DNA of 64,000 bases from Pseudomonadales bacterium (GTDB lineage: Bacteria; Pseudomonadota; Gammaproteobacteria; Pseudomonadales; CAWVSB01): contig JBALVY010000001.1 in NCBI GenBank assembly GCA_036960375.1, positions 384,563 to 448,562 of the forward strand, given 5' to 3'. Of the stretch, positions 10,459 to 19,072 are shown in pieces. Position 1 is the first letter of the stretch. Every line of letters starts with the position of its first letter. A program made the translations under genes and the position numbers. The notes under the pieces are model-generated. The model did not search any database. It was not told where the DNA came from and worked only from the letters and a program-made list of their open reading frames with translations.

Positions 10459-10890
10459 GTGCAAATAAGACAGTATGAAGATTCTGACCTGGAAGCTGTA
10501 CTCTCCTCCTGGGAAGTAGCGACGCGATTAGCACATCCGTTTATGACGGATGAGTTTATAGCGCAAGAGCGGATAAAAGTAGCTGAAATATATATGCCCA
10601 ATACAGATACGTGGGTGGTAGATATCGATGGCAGTGTTGAAGGCTTTATTGCATTAATGGGTAATGAGGTTGGTGCAATTTTCTTGCAGCCTGAGCACCA
10701 TGGTAAAGGAGCGGGAAAAGCCCTAATGGATAAAGCACAAGAATTGCACGGCGATCTTGAGGTTGAGGTATTTAAAGGAAATTCTATAGGCCGTGAATTT
10801 TATTCAAAATACGGTTTTCAGCCTCTCGAAGAAAAGCTTCATGAACCTACCGGTCAGAAAGTATTGCGCCTTAAATATTTTTCTAGCTAG
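10459..10890 (+). CDS. GNAT family N-acetyltransferase
   Basis: Track ORF 10429..10890. The acetyl-CoA binding motif QPEHHGKGAGKALM is present. The GTG at 10459 (VQIRQYEDSD) follows AGGAA and gives a typical GNAT N-terminus, but the start is uncertain. Confidence 0.75.
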   Translation: MQIRQYEDSDLEAVLSSWEVATRLAHPFMTDEFIAQERIKVAEIYMPNTDTWVVDIDGSVEGFIALMGNEVGAIFLQPEHHGKGAGKALMDKAQELHGDLEVEVFKGNSIGREFYSKYGFQPLEEKLHEPTGQKVLRLKYFSS

Positions 10891-11000
10891 CGCGTCATTT
10901 ATAAGGTGGAATATCACGTTACTGATGCTCGGTATGTTGCAGAAAAAATAGCGCCATAAATGGAAAAATTTGTTTCAGATGGAAGAGTTCGAGAATATTT

Positions 11001-12050
11001 ATGAAAGAAACTCGCTCGCACAGTATAGAGAGAATAGGCAGAGCTATTTACCCACTCAGAATACTAGGATTTTTTCTATTCGGCATTAACATTCTATTGT
11101 CTCGATCGAAATTAGGTTTGGATATAGATTTATGGTCAGCTGTTGGGATAGCAATCTGCCTAATTTACCCACATGTAGTTTTTGTACGGTATCTTAAAAA
11201 CGAAAAGCGCGAGACAGAAATTAAACACATGGTATTCGACATGGCGCTTCAGGGCGTGATGACTGCGTTGGTAAATTTCACCCCAAGTATTGTTTTGCCT
11301 TATCTGATCGCAAACTCCGCGGCAAACTACTCCATACGCGGAATACCGCAATCTATAAAAGGGGTAACGTTGGCCATATCTGCAGCGCTAGTAGTTGGTG
11401 TTTTGCGTAATGAAGATATTGTTTTACATGCTGACCCCATTGAATTGCTTGGCCCATTTATATATTTGGCGGTGGTTAGTCACTACATAGGTTATCTATC
11501 CTACGTGCGTGGTATTTCACTTATACGCCGCCGTAAGGAAGTTGAAATGCTGGCCAAGAAAGACTTCCTGACGGGATTGGATAATCGTCGTTCAATGATC
11601 GATTTAGTGCAGCACAATGATGAAAGACGTCAAACTAGCAGCAACGATACCACCTTGATCATGATTGATTTGGATCACTTTAAACAGATTAATGATCTGC
11701 ACGGTCATGCTCATGGGGATGCAGTGCTAGTGAGAGTCAGTGAGTTACTGAGAGACAGCTTACGGCTGACTGATGTTCTGGCACGCTGGGGTGGTGAAGA
11801 GTTTTTGGTCTTGCTGCCACACACCGATATAGGGCAGGGCCTTAATATCGCAGAAACAATCAGGCAAAATATTGCGGAAAGTTCGATTAGCTATGATGGA
11901 ATAGATCATCAGGTCACCGCAACCTTTGGGGTTGCGTGCTATGGTATTGATTCAAGTTTTGAGGAGACTATTCGGCGTGCGGATGTAGCTCTTTATGAGG
12001 GCAAACAGCAGGGGCGCAATAGAGTAGTTCTAGTGAGCGAGGCTCAGTAA
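11001..12050 (+). CDS. Diguanylate cyclase with N-terminal multi-TM sensor domain (MASE2-like, AdrA-type)
   Basis: 349 aa with about six TM helices followed by a GGDEF domain. The active site GGEEF is intact, and an RxxD I-site (RLTD) lies 5 residues upstream. Confidence 0.8.
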   Translation: MKETRSHSIERIGRAIYPLRILGFFLFGINILLSRSKLGLDIDLWSAVGIAICLIYPHVVFVRYLKNEKRETEIKHMVFDMALQGVMTALVNFTPSIVLPYLIANSAANYSIRGIPQSIKGVTLAISAALVVGVLRNEDIVLHADPIELLGPFIYLAVVSHYIGYLSYVRGISLIRRRKEVEMLAKKDFLTGLDNRRSMIDLVQHNDERRQTSSNDTTLIMIDLDHFKQINDLHGHAHGDAVLVRVSELLRDSLRLTDVLARWGGEEFLVLLPHTDIGQGLNIAETIRQNIAESSISYDGIDHQVTATFGVACYGIDSSFEETIRRADVALYEGKQQGRNRVVLVSEAQ

Positions 12051-12294
12051 CCGTAACTACTACGCATGAATGTGGTGCGCCTTATTAGGCACAGTAATGT
12101 CAGTACAGATGGGTTGCTTACACATGAAGCACAAACCCCATTCAATGTAATATTTAGGCATATTGCTACGATAGTGTTTTTAACAGTTGTGTTTTCTGTA
12201 TTGAAAATAGCTGCTGCAAAAAGGATCTAGCAAATCCATTAAACATCGTTACGGCCAAAAGATGGCCTCTGGTGATGTCCATTTAATCGGGGAA

Positions 12295-12349
12295 AGATCA
12301 TCTTACGTAGATGTTCTTTTCATTCGCTAAAAAATTAAGAAGATGATCT
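12295..12349 (+). promoter_or_regulatory. rluF leader: 10-bp stem pairing the 10 nt before the rluF ATG, enclosing an 11-codon uORF
   Basis: AGATCATCTT (12295-12304) is the exact reverse complement of AAGATGATCT (12340-12349). The uORF ATG 12311 ... TGA 12344-12346 encodes MFFSFAKKLRR. Confidence 0.4.
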
Positions 12350-13207
12350 ATGGTTAGTAACTCATTAACTCGTCTAAATAAATATATCAGTGAAAGCGGT
12401 ATCTGCTCCAGAAGAGAAGCCGATCGTTTTATTGAGCAGGGCAATGTGTACATCAACGGTAAGCGAGCAGGAATAGGCGATAAGGTGTCTCCTGGAGACC
12501 ACGTAAAAGTCAATGGGCAGCTGATCGAACCAAGAGACGAAGAAGACTTCATATTTATAGCACTTAATAAACCCGCAGGAATTGTGAGTACGACGGAAAG
12601 CAGTGAAAGAAATAACATTGTAGATTTTGTGAATCACAGCTCACGAATTTTTCCAGTAGGCCGGCTAGATAAAGATTCGCAAGGGCTGATCTTTCTTACC
12701 AGTAACGGCGACCTGGTCAATAAAATATTACGTGCTGGAAACAAACATGAAAAAGAATATCTGGTTAGCGTAAATAAACCGATAAGTGATGATTTTATTG
12801 TGGGTATGGGAGCAGGAGTACCGATGCTCGGTGTCGTTACCAAAAAATGTAAAGTCACCAAGGAGTCCCCTTTAGTTTTTAGAATAACCCTGGTGCAAGG
12901 TCTGAATCGTCAGATTCGCCGTATGTGTGAGCACTTCAATTATGAGGTCAGAAAGCTAGAGCGTGTTCGAATTATGCATGTAGGTTTAAAAGGGCTGCCT
13001 ACAGGTGAATGGCGTGACTTGAATGAAAAGGAGTTAACGGCTCTGCTAAAGGCTGTTGAAAACTCATCGTCCACTGCTTCTGTCGCACCCAAAAAGAAAT
13101 CCACGAAACCCCGTTCCCAAAACGCGAGTCGGCGTCATAAACCAAAGCCGGACCCTAATACGAAGAATAGGTCAGGTCGTTCAGGCAAGAAAAAGCCGCG
13201 ACGATAA
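12350..13207 (+). CDS. rluF: 23S rRNA pseudouridine synthase F
   Basis: 285 aa. It is near-colinear with my recollection of E. coli RluF ([49 protein letters not shown]) and has a Lys/Arg-rich tail. Confidence 0.85.
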   Translation: MVSNSLTRLNKYISESGICSRREADRFIEQGNVYINGKRAGIGDKVSPGDHVKVNGQLIEPRDEEDFIFIALNKPAGIVSTTESSERNNIVDFVNHSSRIFPVGRLDKDSQGLIFLTSNGDLVNKILRAGNKHEKEYLVSVNKPISDDFIVGMGAGVPMLGVVTKKCKVTKESPLVFRITLVQGLNRQIRRMCEHFNYEVRKLERVRIMHVGLKGLPTGEWRDLNEKELTALLKAVENSSSTASVAPKKKSTKPRSQNASRRHKPKPDPNTKNRSGRSGKKKPRR

Positions 13208-13235
13208 GCCACGGGTATACATAGTTGGCTATCCT

Positions 13236-13255
13236 CGAATAGTGGCCACTATTCG
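13236..13255. other. 20-bp perfect palindrome downstream of rluF
   Basis: CGAATAGTGGCCACTATTCG is its own reverse complement. No U-tract follows it, so it is not a classical intrinsic terminator. Confidence 0.5.
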
Positions 13256-13383
13256 GGCACGGACTACGCGGGATTGCTTTTGTTATTTACAATTCTAACA
13301 ATGAACATTAAGTCAGGAAGAGCACATATCTCTCGCAACTCACTCATAATGCCTCTTACCAAGAAAAACAGTCGGAGACAAGC

Positions 13384-15087
13384 GTGGAACAATGGGATCA
13401 TAGTGTTGATGTAGTTGTAGTGGGCTCAGGGAACGGTGGCCTGACTGCTGCCCTTAGCTGCTATGAGAGCGGCACGGAAGATGTGCTTGTCCTCGAAAAG
13501 CATCACCAGTTTGGTGGCACCAGTGCGCTGTCTGGTGGTGGTATCTGGATTCCCAATAATCATTATGCCATTGCAGCCGGTGCCAATGATTCGCCGGAGG
13601 AGGCGAGAGAGTATCTGCGCCAAACCATTCCCGAGGGTTTGGTGCCTGACGACTTGCTCGACACCTATCTGCGTGAAGCGCCCAACATGCTTCGTTTTCT
13701 GCATGACAATACTCAGGTGCGGTATCAGTCTCTTGCCGAATACCCGGATTACTATAGCCATTTACCGGGAGCCAAAGAAGGGCATCGCTCCCTAGAGCCG
13801 CAAGTACTCAATATTTCAGATTTAGGCGATGAATGGAAGAACCTTCATCCCGCTCACATCATGATGTATGTATTTGGCAAATTCACAATCACTCAAAAAG
13901 AGACTTGGCTAATTGTCGGAAAAAACCCGGGCTGGAAGCGACTGATTCTCAAGCGTTTTGCCAGCTGGTTTTTTGATTTCGGCTGGCGTCTTAAATCCCC
14001 TCATTCACGTCGTATTGTCAATGGCCAGGCCGGTGTTGCGCGCTTAATTCTTTCAATGCAAGACAGAGACTTACCCCTGTGGCGTAACTGCGCTTTACAA
14101 GAGCTCATTACCGACAGTGACAATAGAGTGATAGGGCTTATCGCAAACCACGAGGGTAAAATACTGCGTATTCACGCTCGTAAAGGTGTGATTCTGGCTG
14201 CCGGGGGTTTCGAGCATAATCAAACCATGCGCGAGCAATACTTGCCTCCGCCGACCAATAGAGAATGGAGTTCGGGCATAGAAACCAATACCGGTGATGC
14301 AATCCGCGCCGCACAAGCTATTGGCGCTCAAACACAGCAAATGAGTGGGGCGTGGTGGTGTACCACAATCTCTTTTCCTGGGGAGATTCAACCCCGCCTA
14401 AGCATCACCGATAAATCCTTGCCCGGTAATTGCGTGGTAAATAAAAACGGCATGCGCATAGGTAATGAATCACAAAATTATATGGCTTATCAGCAAGCCT
14501 GGCTTGCCAGCCACAGCGAAGACGCACCTGCGGTGCCCGCCTGGATGGTTTTTGATGCCAACTATCGCAGTAAATATAAACTTGGCCCCATGATGGATGG
14601 AAAACTGAGACCGGATCATACGTTGCCAAGGGAGTGGCTCGATAGTGGCTTTTTAACAATCTCGAATACGGTTGAAGAGTTAGCAGAGAAAACAGGTATA
14701 GATGCTATTGGATTGAAGAGTACGCTGGACGCGATGACCGGGTACGCTGAAACCGGTAAAGACCTCGACTTTCGGCGTGGCGATAGCGCTTATGACCGTT
14801 ACTATGGTGATAGCGCCGTACAGCCAAACCCCTGCCTGGCTCCTATTAACAAACCACCTTTCTACGCAGTGAGAGTACAGCCCGGTGACTTTGGTACACA
14901 AGGTGGTCTGCAACTTAACCGCCATGCACAAGTGCTTAACCATGAGCAAGAACCCATTCCGGGCCTTTATGCCACGGGAAACTGTACGGCGGCGATTTTG
15001 CCAACTTACCCAGGTCCTGGTTCAACCTTAGGACCCGCAATGGCTTTTGGTTATCTGGCTGGACGTCATGTCTGTGACAAATCATAA
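13384..15087 (+). CDS. FAD-dependent oxidoreductase (3-ketosteroid-delta1-dehydrogenase / fumarate reductase flavoprotein-like)
   Basis: 567 aa from a GTG start. The dinucleotide motif VVVGSGNGGLTAA is followed by GGTSALSGGGIWIPNN, and the C-terminus carries GLYATGNC. Confidence 0.75.
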   Translation: MEQWDHSVDVVVVGSGNGGLTAALSCYESGTEDVLVLEKHHQFGGTSALSGGGIWIPNNHYAIAAGANDSPEEAREYLRQTIPEGLVPDDLLDTYLREAPNMLRFLHDNTQVRYQSLAEYPDYYSHLPGAKEGHRSLEPQVLNISDLGDEWKNLHPAHIMMYVFGKFTITQKETWLIVGKNPGWKRLILKRFASWFFDFGWRLKSPHSRRIVNGQAGVARLILSMQDRDLPLWRNCALQELITDSDNRVIGLIANHEGKILRIHARKGVILAAGGFEHNQTMREQYLPPPTNREWSSGIETNTGDAIRAAQAIGAQTQQMSGAWWCTTISFPGEIQPRLSITDKSLPGNCVVNKNGMRIGNESQNYMAYQQAWLASHSEDAPAVPAWMVFDANYRSKYKLGPMMDGKLRPDHTLPREWLDSGFLTISNTVEELAEKTGIDAIGLKSTLDAMTGYAETGKDLDFRRGDSAYDRYYGDSAVQPNPCLAPINKPPFYAVRVQPGDFGTQGGLQLNRHAQVLNHEQEPIPGLYATGNCTAAILPTYPGPGSTLGPAMAFGYLAGRHVCDKS

Positions 15088-15118
15088 GTAGCAAACAAAC
15101 GGAGTAAGGGTATTGTAG

Positions 15119-15625
15119 ATGTCGGATTCAAGAATTGAGGATTTACTCGCTAAACAGGAAATCTATGATGTCCTGTGCAGGTATTGCCGCGGACTGGACC
15201 GCATGGATAAAGAAATGGCCTATGCAGTTTGGCACCCAGACGCCACGGCACACTATCATGGTATGTATGAGGGCACAGGACACGGTTTTGTGGACTGGGT
15301 GTGGCAGGCGCATTTGCACATGGAAAGGCATTCGCACCAAATAGCAAATTCACTCATTTGTGTTGATGGCGACAAAGCAGAAAGTGAAACCTATGTCACT
15401 GTCGTACTTTGGACGATCCCTGATGGAGATGGAAGTCAGAAAGAAATCATCGGCAAAGGGCGTTATCTGGATCGTTGGGCGAAAAAGGAGGGCGTTTGGG
15501 TTATCTCGCATAGAGAGCATGTATATGACATGGAAACAATACACGACCTAAATCGAGGTAATGTCGACGGTACTTCAAGGCGAAATACCAGCGACCCATC
15601 GTTCCAGTTTATTCCCAAGGTATGA
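15119..15625 (+). CDS. NTF2-like (SnoaL-like) domain protein
   Basis: 168 aa. N-terminus IEDLLAKQEIYDVLCRYCRGLDRMD is typical of SnoaL_4-type proteins that pair with KstD-like flavoproteins. Confidence 0.6.
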   Translation: MSDSRIEDLLAKQEIYDVLCRYCRGLDRMDKEMAYAVWHPDATAHYHGMYEGTGHGFVDWVWQAHLHMERHSHQIANSLICVDGDKAESETYVTVVLWTIPDGDGSQKEIIGKGRYLDRWAKKEGVWVISHREHVYDMETIHDLNRGNVDGTSRRNTSDPSFQFIPKV

Positions 15626-15673
15626 CTTCACCGAGTAATTCGGCCAACCCTATTAAGAATACACCTACCGTAA

Positions 15674-15838
15674 CTACTCAATGGCTCGGTCACCCTAGCC
15701 AGCACAACATCTATGTCTGGATACACCGTCGTGAAGGCTGATACTATAGAGGCCGCGCTGGAGGTGGCCAAAGCTTGTCCATTTCTGGATATTGGCCATT
15801 CACTTGAAGTATCCGAGTTAATGCAGTTGTCATACTAA
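15674..15838 (+). pseudogene. C-terminal remnant of a YCII-related (YciI-like) gene
   Basis: Open frame after TAA 15671-15673. It reads ...SMSGYTVVKADTIEAALEVAKACPFLDIGHSLEVSELMQLSY*, which resembles the C-terminal strand-helix-strand of YciI-like proteins. The N-terminal ~60 residues are absent. Confidence 0.4.
15688..15760 (+). repeat. Direct repeat copy A (~73 bp), partner at 17468-17540
   Basis: By hand alignment, 57 of the first 64 positions are identical to copy B. The shared core is CAACATCTATGTCTGGATAC...AAGGCTGATACTATAGAG. Confidence 0.85.
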
Positions 15839-16033
15839 AGCCCGCATATCTGTTGTTTGTGGTGTCCATTGTTTGGCCTGGCAACTTTAGCGGCATATTA
15901 AAAGATCCATTACACGGATGCTTGCTACCGAGGCTAGAGATAGTCTCTTTTTTGATTTGTCCAAAAAAATCGTGTTTCATACTATTATACCTGCGCCAAT
16001 AATGCGCTATTCGATTAAGCAAGGATCATAAAA

Positions 16034-17368
16034 ATGGCTGGAATTTTTAGGGAGGCTCATCTAAAGATGCAGGAGTTACGGGCCAATGAGAAAGCCAGTG
16101 TCGAACAGATTCAGTCGCAAAATTTGATTCGATTCCGTGAATTGGCACAATATGCGTATCAAAAATCAGCCTATTATCAAGGTGTTGTTGACGATAATAA
16201 GATTGACCTTTCCACCTGTACACCGATGGATTTTCCTATCCTGACCAAGCAGATTCTACTCGAAAATTTCGATCTTATTGCTACCGAGGAGAGTCTTAAT
16301 TTACACCGAGTAGCTGAGTATGCCTATAGTGCGAAAGATCCGACAAAATTGCTGGATGACAAATTTGTTGTAGTTACGACGTCAGGTTCATCGGGCCCCT
16401 TTGGCTATTTCGTTTATACATTGGAAGAAGCGCTTTCTAACACATTTCATGTCAGTCGTTTTTTCAGGAAGCCAGGCAGAAGAGTCGCGTTTGTAGGCAT
16501 TGCAGAAAATCACCGAGCCAGCGTGGTGGTGGCGAATATTCGAAAGATAGCCGGTCTACCTTCGCTGGGCGCAGAGTCGAAAATATTTGATTGTCATAGT
16601 CCGGTCGAAGCTTTGGTAAAAGATCTTAATGCGTACGCTCCGGACATGCTAACAGGCTTTACCAAATCTATCCTCACGCTGGCAGAGGAGAAAAGGCGGG
16701 GCGTATTAACTATCCAGCCGGTGAATGTCCAGGTATCCGGCGAAGCTATTAGTGACGGTGATCGTGACTTCCTTGAGCAGGTTTTCAATTGTAATGTGAC
16801 TAATGTTTACGCCTCTTGTGAAAGCCTTTACATGGGCTTCAGGCGGTCAGACATGCAGTCAATGTGTTTGCTTGAGGATGACATCATCTTTGAAGTCGCA
16901 GAGGAATATACCTGTATAACGCCGTTATTTAACAAAACTATCCCGCTTATCCGCTATCGGATCGAGGACCGATTGAGGATTGATGATAGTGGCCGCGACC
17001 ACAAATACCCGTTCCTGCACATAGATGAGATCATTGGTCGGCAGGATGATGTGCTAGAGTTAAGAAATAAAGAGGGAAATATGGTGCCTATACATCCCTT
17101 TTTGTTCTCTAACTCCAGTAGCAAATACTTGCGGCAAATGCAGGTTCGTGAAATATCTGATTGTGAAGTTTCGATAATCGCTTCTACCAGCAAAGGTCTA
17201 TCCTCAGGGCAGCTGGAAGAAACCGAGGCGTCTATTAGGTTGTTGATTGATTCTACGCTTGAGAAAAATGATATTCCTAGGATTACTATTAATATAGAAT
17301 TTCGAGATCATATTCCCCCCGACCCGGTGACAGGGAAAGTGAAAATCGTAATCAAAAAATCCGACTAA
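16034..17368 (+). CDS. Adenylate-forming enzyme, phenylacetate-CoA ligase / coenzyme F390 synthetase-like family
   Basis: 444 aa with an AMP-binding P-loop-like motif VVTTSGSSGPFGY and PaaK/CapK-like length and layout. The gene is low in GC (20 G+C in the 60 nt at 16141-16200). Confidence 0.6.
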   Translation: MAGIFREAHLKMQELRANEKASVEQIQSQNLIRFRELAQYAYQKSAYYQGVVDDNKIDLSTCTPMDFPILTKQILLENFDLIATEESLNLHRVAEYAYSAKDPTKLLDDKFVVVTTSGSSGPFGYFVYTLEEALSNTFHVSRFFRKPGRRVAFVGIAENHRASVVVANIRKIAGLPSLGAESKIFDCHSPVEALVKDLNAYAPDMLTGFTKSILTLAEEKRRGVLTIQPVNVQVSGEAISDGDRDFLEQVFNCNVTNVYASCESLYMGFRRSDMQSMCLLEDDIIFEVAEEYTCITPLFNKTIPLIRYRIEDRLRIDDSGRDHKYPFLHIDEIIGRQDDVLELRNKEGNMVPIHPFLFSNSSSKYLRQMQVREISDCEVSIIASTSKGLSSGQLEETEASIRLLIDSTLEKNDIPRITINIEFRDHIPPDPVTGKVKIVIKKSD

Positions 17369-17412
17369 TTAGGGGGCGGTCACTAAGCGCAGCATGTTAG
17401 CGTCGCGCGATT

Positions 17413-17438
17413 TTAACCGGGTGCCCCGCCCCGGTTAA
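17413..17438 (+). terminator. Hairpin downstream of the adenylate-forming enzyme gene
   Basis: TTAACCGGG (17413-17421) pairs with CCCGGTTAA (17430-17438) across an 8-nt loop. There is no clear U-tract. Confidence 0.35.
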
Positions 17439-17467
17439 CGCTACAATCTATGTAGGGAGAAAAAATG

Positions 17468-17540
17468 GGTCACCGCAGCCAGTGCAACATCTATGTCTGG
17501 ATACTCCGTAGTTAAGGCTGATACTATAGAGTCCGTTCTT
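17468..17540 (+). repeat. Direct repeat copy B (YCII-like remnant fused in frame to the rhlE upstream region)
   Basis: It reads VTAASATSMSGYSVVKADTIESVL against VTLASTTSMSGYTVVKADTIEAAL in copy A. This remnant creates the spurious N-terminal extension of track ORF 17493..18902. Confidence 0.85.
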
Positions 17541-17567
17541 CCATTCTTTGTATACCTGAGGCGACAT

Positions 17568-18902
17568 ATGCCATTTTCTAAACTGGGATTAAGCGATCCC
17601 ATTGCACAAGCCGTATCTGAACAGGGGTATGAGTCTCTTACTCCCATACAGAAAAAGGCCATTCCGGTAGTTTTGGCGGGCAAGAACCTCATTGCAGGCG
17701 CGCAGACAGGAACGGGTAAAACGGCCGCCTTTGTTCTACCTATATTAGAGAACCTTAATCGTGAGCACAAAGTCCGCGCTAAGCGTATTCGGGCTCTCAT
17801 TCTGGCACCTACAAGAGAGTTGGCGATACAGGTTGAAGCTAATATCGCTCTGTACGGCAAGTACCTGAGCCTCAGCTCAATGGCAATGTATGGTGGTGTT
17901 GATTCCGAACCTCAAAAAAGTCGTCTCATTGAGGGTATTGATATCCTGGTAGCGACCCCGGGCCGGCTATTGGATATGGCCCACCAAAGAGCGGTACATT
18001 TCGACGAATTAGAAGTGCTGGTTTTGGATGAAGCCGATCGAATGCTCGATATGGGGTTTATTGGCGACATCAACAAAATAATAGAGCGCCTACCTGAAAA
18101 GCGACAAAATCTACTATTTTCTGCCACGCTATCAGAAGATGTTCGTGCTTTAGCGAAGACATCAATACGCGAGGCCGTAGAAATATCGGTATCGTCCGAT
18201 AGTAGGGTAACTCCACAAATAGACCAGTGGTTAATTACTGTCGATAAAGACAAAAAATCCGCCTTGCTCAGCCACTTGATCAAGGAGCAGCAGTGGGATC
18301 AAGCACTGATATTTATTGAGACAAAACACGGTGCGGCAAAGTTGGTCGGTCAGCTTGAAAAGCGCGGTATCAAAGCAGAGGCTATTCATAGCGGCAGAAG
18401 CCAAGCTGTTCGCACACAGATACTGGCGGACTTTAAATCGGGTGATCTCGGCTTGCTGGTGGCCACGGGTATTGCATCGCGCGGTATCGATATCGACCAG
18501 CTTTCTCGCGTGATAAATTATGATTTACCCCATGAACCCGATGTCTACATCCATCGAATTGGTCGTACTGGTCGGGCGGGCTCCGCTGGCGAAGCAGTTT
18601 CTTTTGTATCCAGAGATGATTTTCGAAATCTCTGTGCTATCGAAAGCCGCCTTGGATATATTATTAAGCGAAAGCAAGTAGAAGGCTTTGAGCCACAGAA
18701 AGACGTGCCAGTGTCGATTTTGAATTTTGTCAAAAATAAACCCCAAAAAACCACGCAGCCTAAAACGCCAAACCGACCAAAATCCCAAGCCAAAGAAGTG
18801 AAAACCCCGAATCTAAAAAGTCGCCGCAAACCCGATGTGAATCGTCCAGCAAAGGATCCGAAAGACAAGAAAAGTAACAAACCCAACCCTTGGCAAAAAT
18901 AG
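17568..18902 (+). CDS. rhlE: ATP-dependent RNA helicase RhlE (DEAD-box)
   Basis: Start at MPFSKLGLSDPI. Motifs present: Q-motif, AQTGTGKT, DEAD, SAT and HRIGRTGRAG. The basic C-terminal tail is typical. Confidence 0.9.
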   Translation: MPFSKLGLSDPIAQAVSEQGYESLTPIQKKAIPVVLAGKNLIAGAQTGTGKTAAFVLPILENLNREHKVRAKRIRALILAPTRELAIQVEANIALYGKYLSLSSMAMYGGVDSEPQKSRLIEGIDILVATPGRLLDMAHQRAVHFDELEVLVLDEADRMLDMGFIGDINKIIERLPEKRQNLLFSATLSEDVRALAKTSIREAVEISVSSDSRVTPQIDQWLITVDKDKKSALLSHLIKEQQWDQALIFIETKHGAAKLVGQLEKRGIKAEAIHSGRSQAVRTQILADFKSGDLGLLVATGIASRGIDIDQLSRVINYDLPHEPDVYIHRIGRTGRAGSAGEAVSFVSRDDFRNLCAIESRLGYIIKRKQVEGFEPQKDVPVSILNFVKNKPQKTTQPKTPNRPKSQAKEVKTPNLKSRRKPDVNRPAKDPKDKKSNKPNPWQK

Positions 18903-19072
18903 CTTGAAGGCTGCGAGAATGAAGATGGTCTATACTAAGGAAAGCCGCTTTCTACTTGAGAGCGAGATATTAGCAATACGAGAAGCGATATAGCCTAAGG
19001 CTATCATCTACAAGAAAGATGTCTCAACTGTATACAAAGATAATAACAATTTCACATTCGGGATAAATATTC

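Noticed and set aside
10275-10601. 108-aa minus-strand ORF spanning the MAPEG-GNAT spacer and the GNAT 5' end.
   Set aside because: It overlaps the well-supported GNAT gene and has no family resemblance. It is probably a chance ORF.
12067-12231. 54-codon plus-strand ORF (MNVVRLIRHSNVSTDG...IATIVFLTVVFSVLKIAAAKRI) downstream of the diguanylate cyclase gene.
   Set aside because: It has a hydrophobic C-terminus but no ribosome-binding site and no other support. It cannot be distinguished from chance in AT-rich spacer.
15744-16022. 92-aa minus-strand ORF between the SnoaL-like gene and the adenylate-forming enzyme gene.
   Set aside because: It overlaps the YCII-like remnant on the other strand, which has a more interpretable reading. 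It has no ribosome-binding site and an odd composition.
17465-17515. 16-codon uORF (MGHRSQCNIYVWILRS) with a good GGGAG ribosome-binding site upstream of rhlE.
   Set aside because: It lies inside direct-repeat copy B in a different frame from the conserved remnant. The equivalent ORF in copy A is only 5 codons, so it is probably fortuitous. It might still matter for rhlE leader function, but I cannot support that.
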